NCBI GenBank assembly: GCA_002104905.1
Contig: MCFE01000377.1
Span: forward strand, 1-64,000
DNA: 64,000 nucleotides
Direction: 5' to 3'
From: Basidiobolus meristosporus CBS 931.73
Taxonomy: Eukaryota; Fungi; Basidiobolomycota
The position numbers and the translations under genes are program-made. This document shows positions 62,800 to 64,000 of this stretch, piece by piece. The number at the start of each line of letters is the position of its first letter. The first letter of the stretch is position 1. The notes beneath the pieces are model-generated. The model saw nothing but the letters and a program-made list of their open reading frames with translations. It was not told the DNA's origin and did not search any database.

Positions 62800-64000
62800 C
62801 TATACTCTCAGCCTAAAGCCCATTGATTCGGTGCCTTGATAGTCGAGGATGGAGTTTAATATTCCTCGCTCTTCCTCGTCTAAATTCTCCATACCATGAG
62901 CGGCCTGAGGTGCAGACGGGCTGGCGCATGATCTACGTCTACATTGATACAGGCATGGATTAATGATATGCTGTTGGGTAAAGAGACGTTAGTACGTACC
63001 TTTCACCAGCGCCCTTAGAGGGCCAGGTAGGGAACATGGACGGATCCTTGGGCAACGGGCTCTCTCTAATAAAAGAGGTCACAATGATGTTAGAGTAAGT
63101 GGGTGGGAAATCGAGCTTACTTGAAATATGGGTGTTGCAGGGCTTCCTCTGCAGTAATACGCTTCTCGGGATCATAAGTTAGGAGTTTTGAGAGCAAGTC
63201 AAGCCCAGACTCCGTCACGTAAGGAAAACGGTTGCGCAAGTTGTTGTATCTAGAAGAAATGCACTGATAAGTACCACTAATCCATCGTGGCTAGTGTGGA
63301 GATGGCTTACGGTTGGTTGACAAATGTAATGTTCTGCGCATGAGGGAGGTTGGAAAACCCTGGCCATATTTTCTCATTCGGCATACCTAACAGACGGAAA
63401 ATCTAGAGCTACAGTTAGTAACGCCAACGAGTCTAACATTCATGCAACATCTAACTTTGTCCAACTGCTCGATTTCACCTCGTCCGGGAAACAATGGCTC
63501 GTTATTAATGAGCTCACCAAAAATACACCCAACAGACCAAATATCAATAGCAGTTGAATACTCTTTAGCTCCTAACAGAAGCTCAGGTGCTCTATATAAG
63601 AAAATTACAGCGTTGGTGTAACGACTACGCACGTGCAAAAGAAACTTTAACTAACCGATACCAAAGAGTTACCACTAGCTGGGTCATAGGGCCCAAAGGG
63701 CTTCCGTATTTACGAGCTAAACCGAAGTCCGCTACTTTGATTTCTCCTCGATTATTCAGTAGCAGATTGGAGGTCTTAAGATCTCTATGGATTATCCAGT
63801 TGTCGTGGAGCAGTGCAATGGCTGACAGTAGCTGGATCATTAGGGTTTTGATTTCTGACTGCAGAAATGGCGACTTCATGTCCTCCATTAATGCCTTGAG
63901 ATCGTGCTCGATGAAGTCCATCACTATGAATATACTATGAATTTGATTAATAGCGAAAAGGAATGGTGAAATCGATAGCAGTCCTTACCTATTTAAAGAA
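62800..64000 (-). CDS. CDK11: CDK11/PITSLRE-like cyclin-dependent kinase, 3' part (5' end outside the window)
   Basis: [59 protein letters not shown]; last exon ends GFRLRV-TAG at 62800-62802. Confidence 0.9.

Noticed and set aside
48603-64000. AOX, WC-2-like, chitin synthase, EFR3, small proteins and CDK11 as a functional gene cluster
   Set aside because: Unrelated housekeeping functions in mixed orientations; nothing in the sequence supports co-regulation.
1-64000. CRISPR arrays, rRNA/tRNA genes, telomeric or satellite repeats
   Set aside because: None seen; the only tRNA-related sequences are short primer-binding sites.

Overview
Eukaryotic (fungal) genomic window with two sharply different halves. 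Bases 1-46578 are a nested, strongly CpG-depleted transposon block. It holds a tandem pair of decayed Ty1/Copia elements sharing one LTR, and five copies plus a solo LTR and fragments of one Ty3/Gypsy family; one copy (13390-18327) is fully intact, with a single 1377-aa gag-pol ORF, LTRs differing at 3 of 368 sites and a CTAA target-site duplication. The block also holds a 3.2-kb non-autonomous Copia-derived LTR element with a GATAC TSD, three decayed IS5/ISL2EU-like (DDE_Tnp_4) transposase copies, and a decayed CACTA/EnSpm (tnp2) element carrying a divergent ORF of unknown function that recurs three times. Bases ~46600-64000 are CpG-rich, intron-containing host DNA: alternative oxidase, a White-collar-2-like PAS/GATA factor (single-base frameshift in its zinc finger), a class IV chitin synthase (one unexplained frame break), EFR3, two tandem intronless paralogous small proteins with mitochondrial-presequence-like N-termini and no recognisable family, and the 3' part of a CDK11-like kinase. 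An early-diverging fungus is my inference from gene content and intron style, not a database result. No rRNA, tRNA genes or CRISPR arrays were seen. All comparisons were made by eye, so mismatch counts are approximate.
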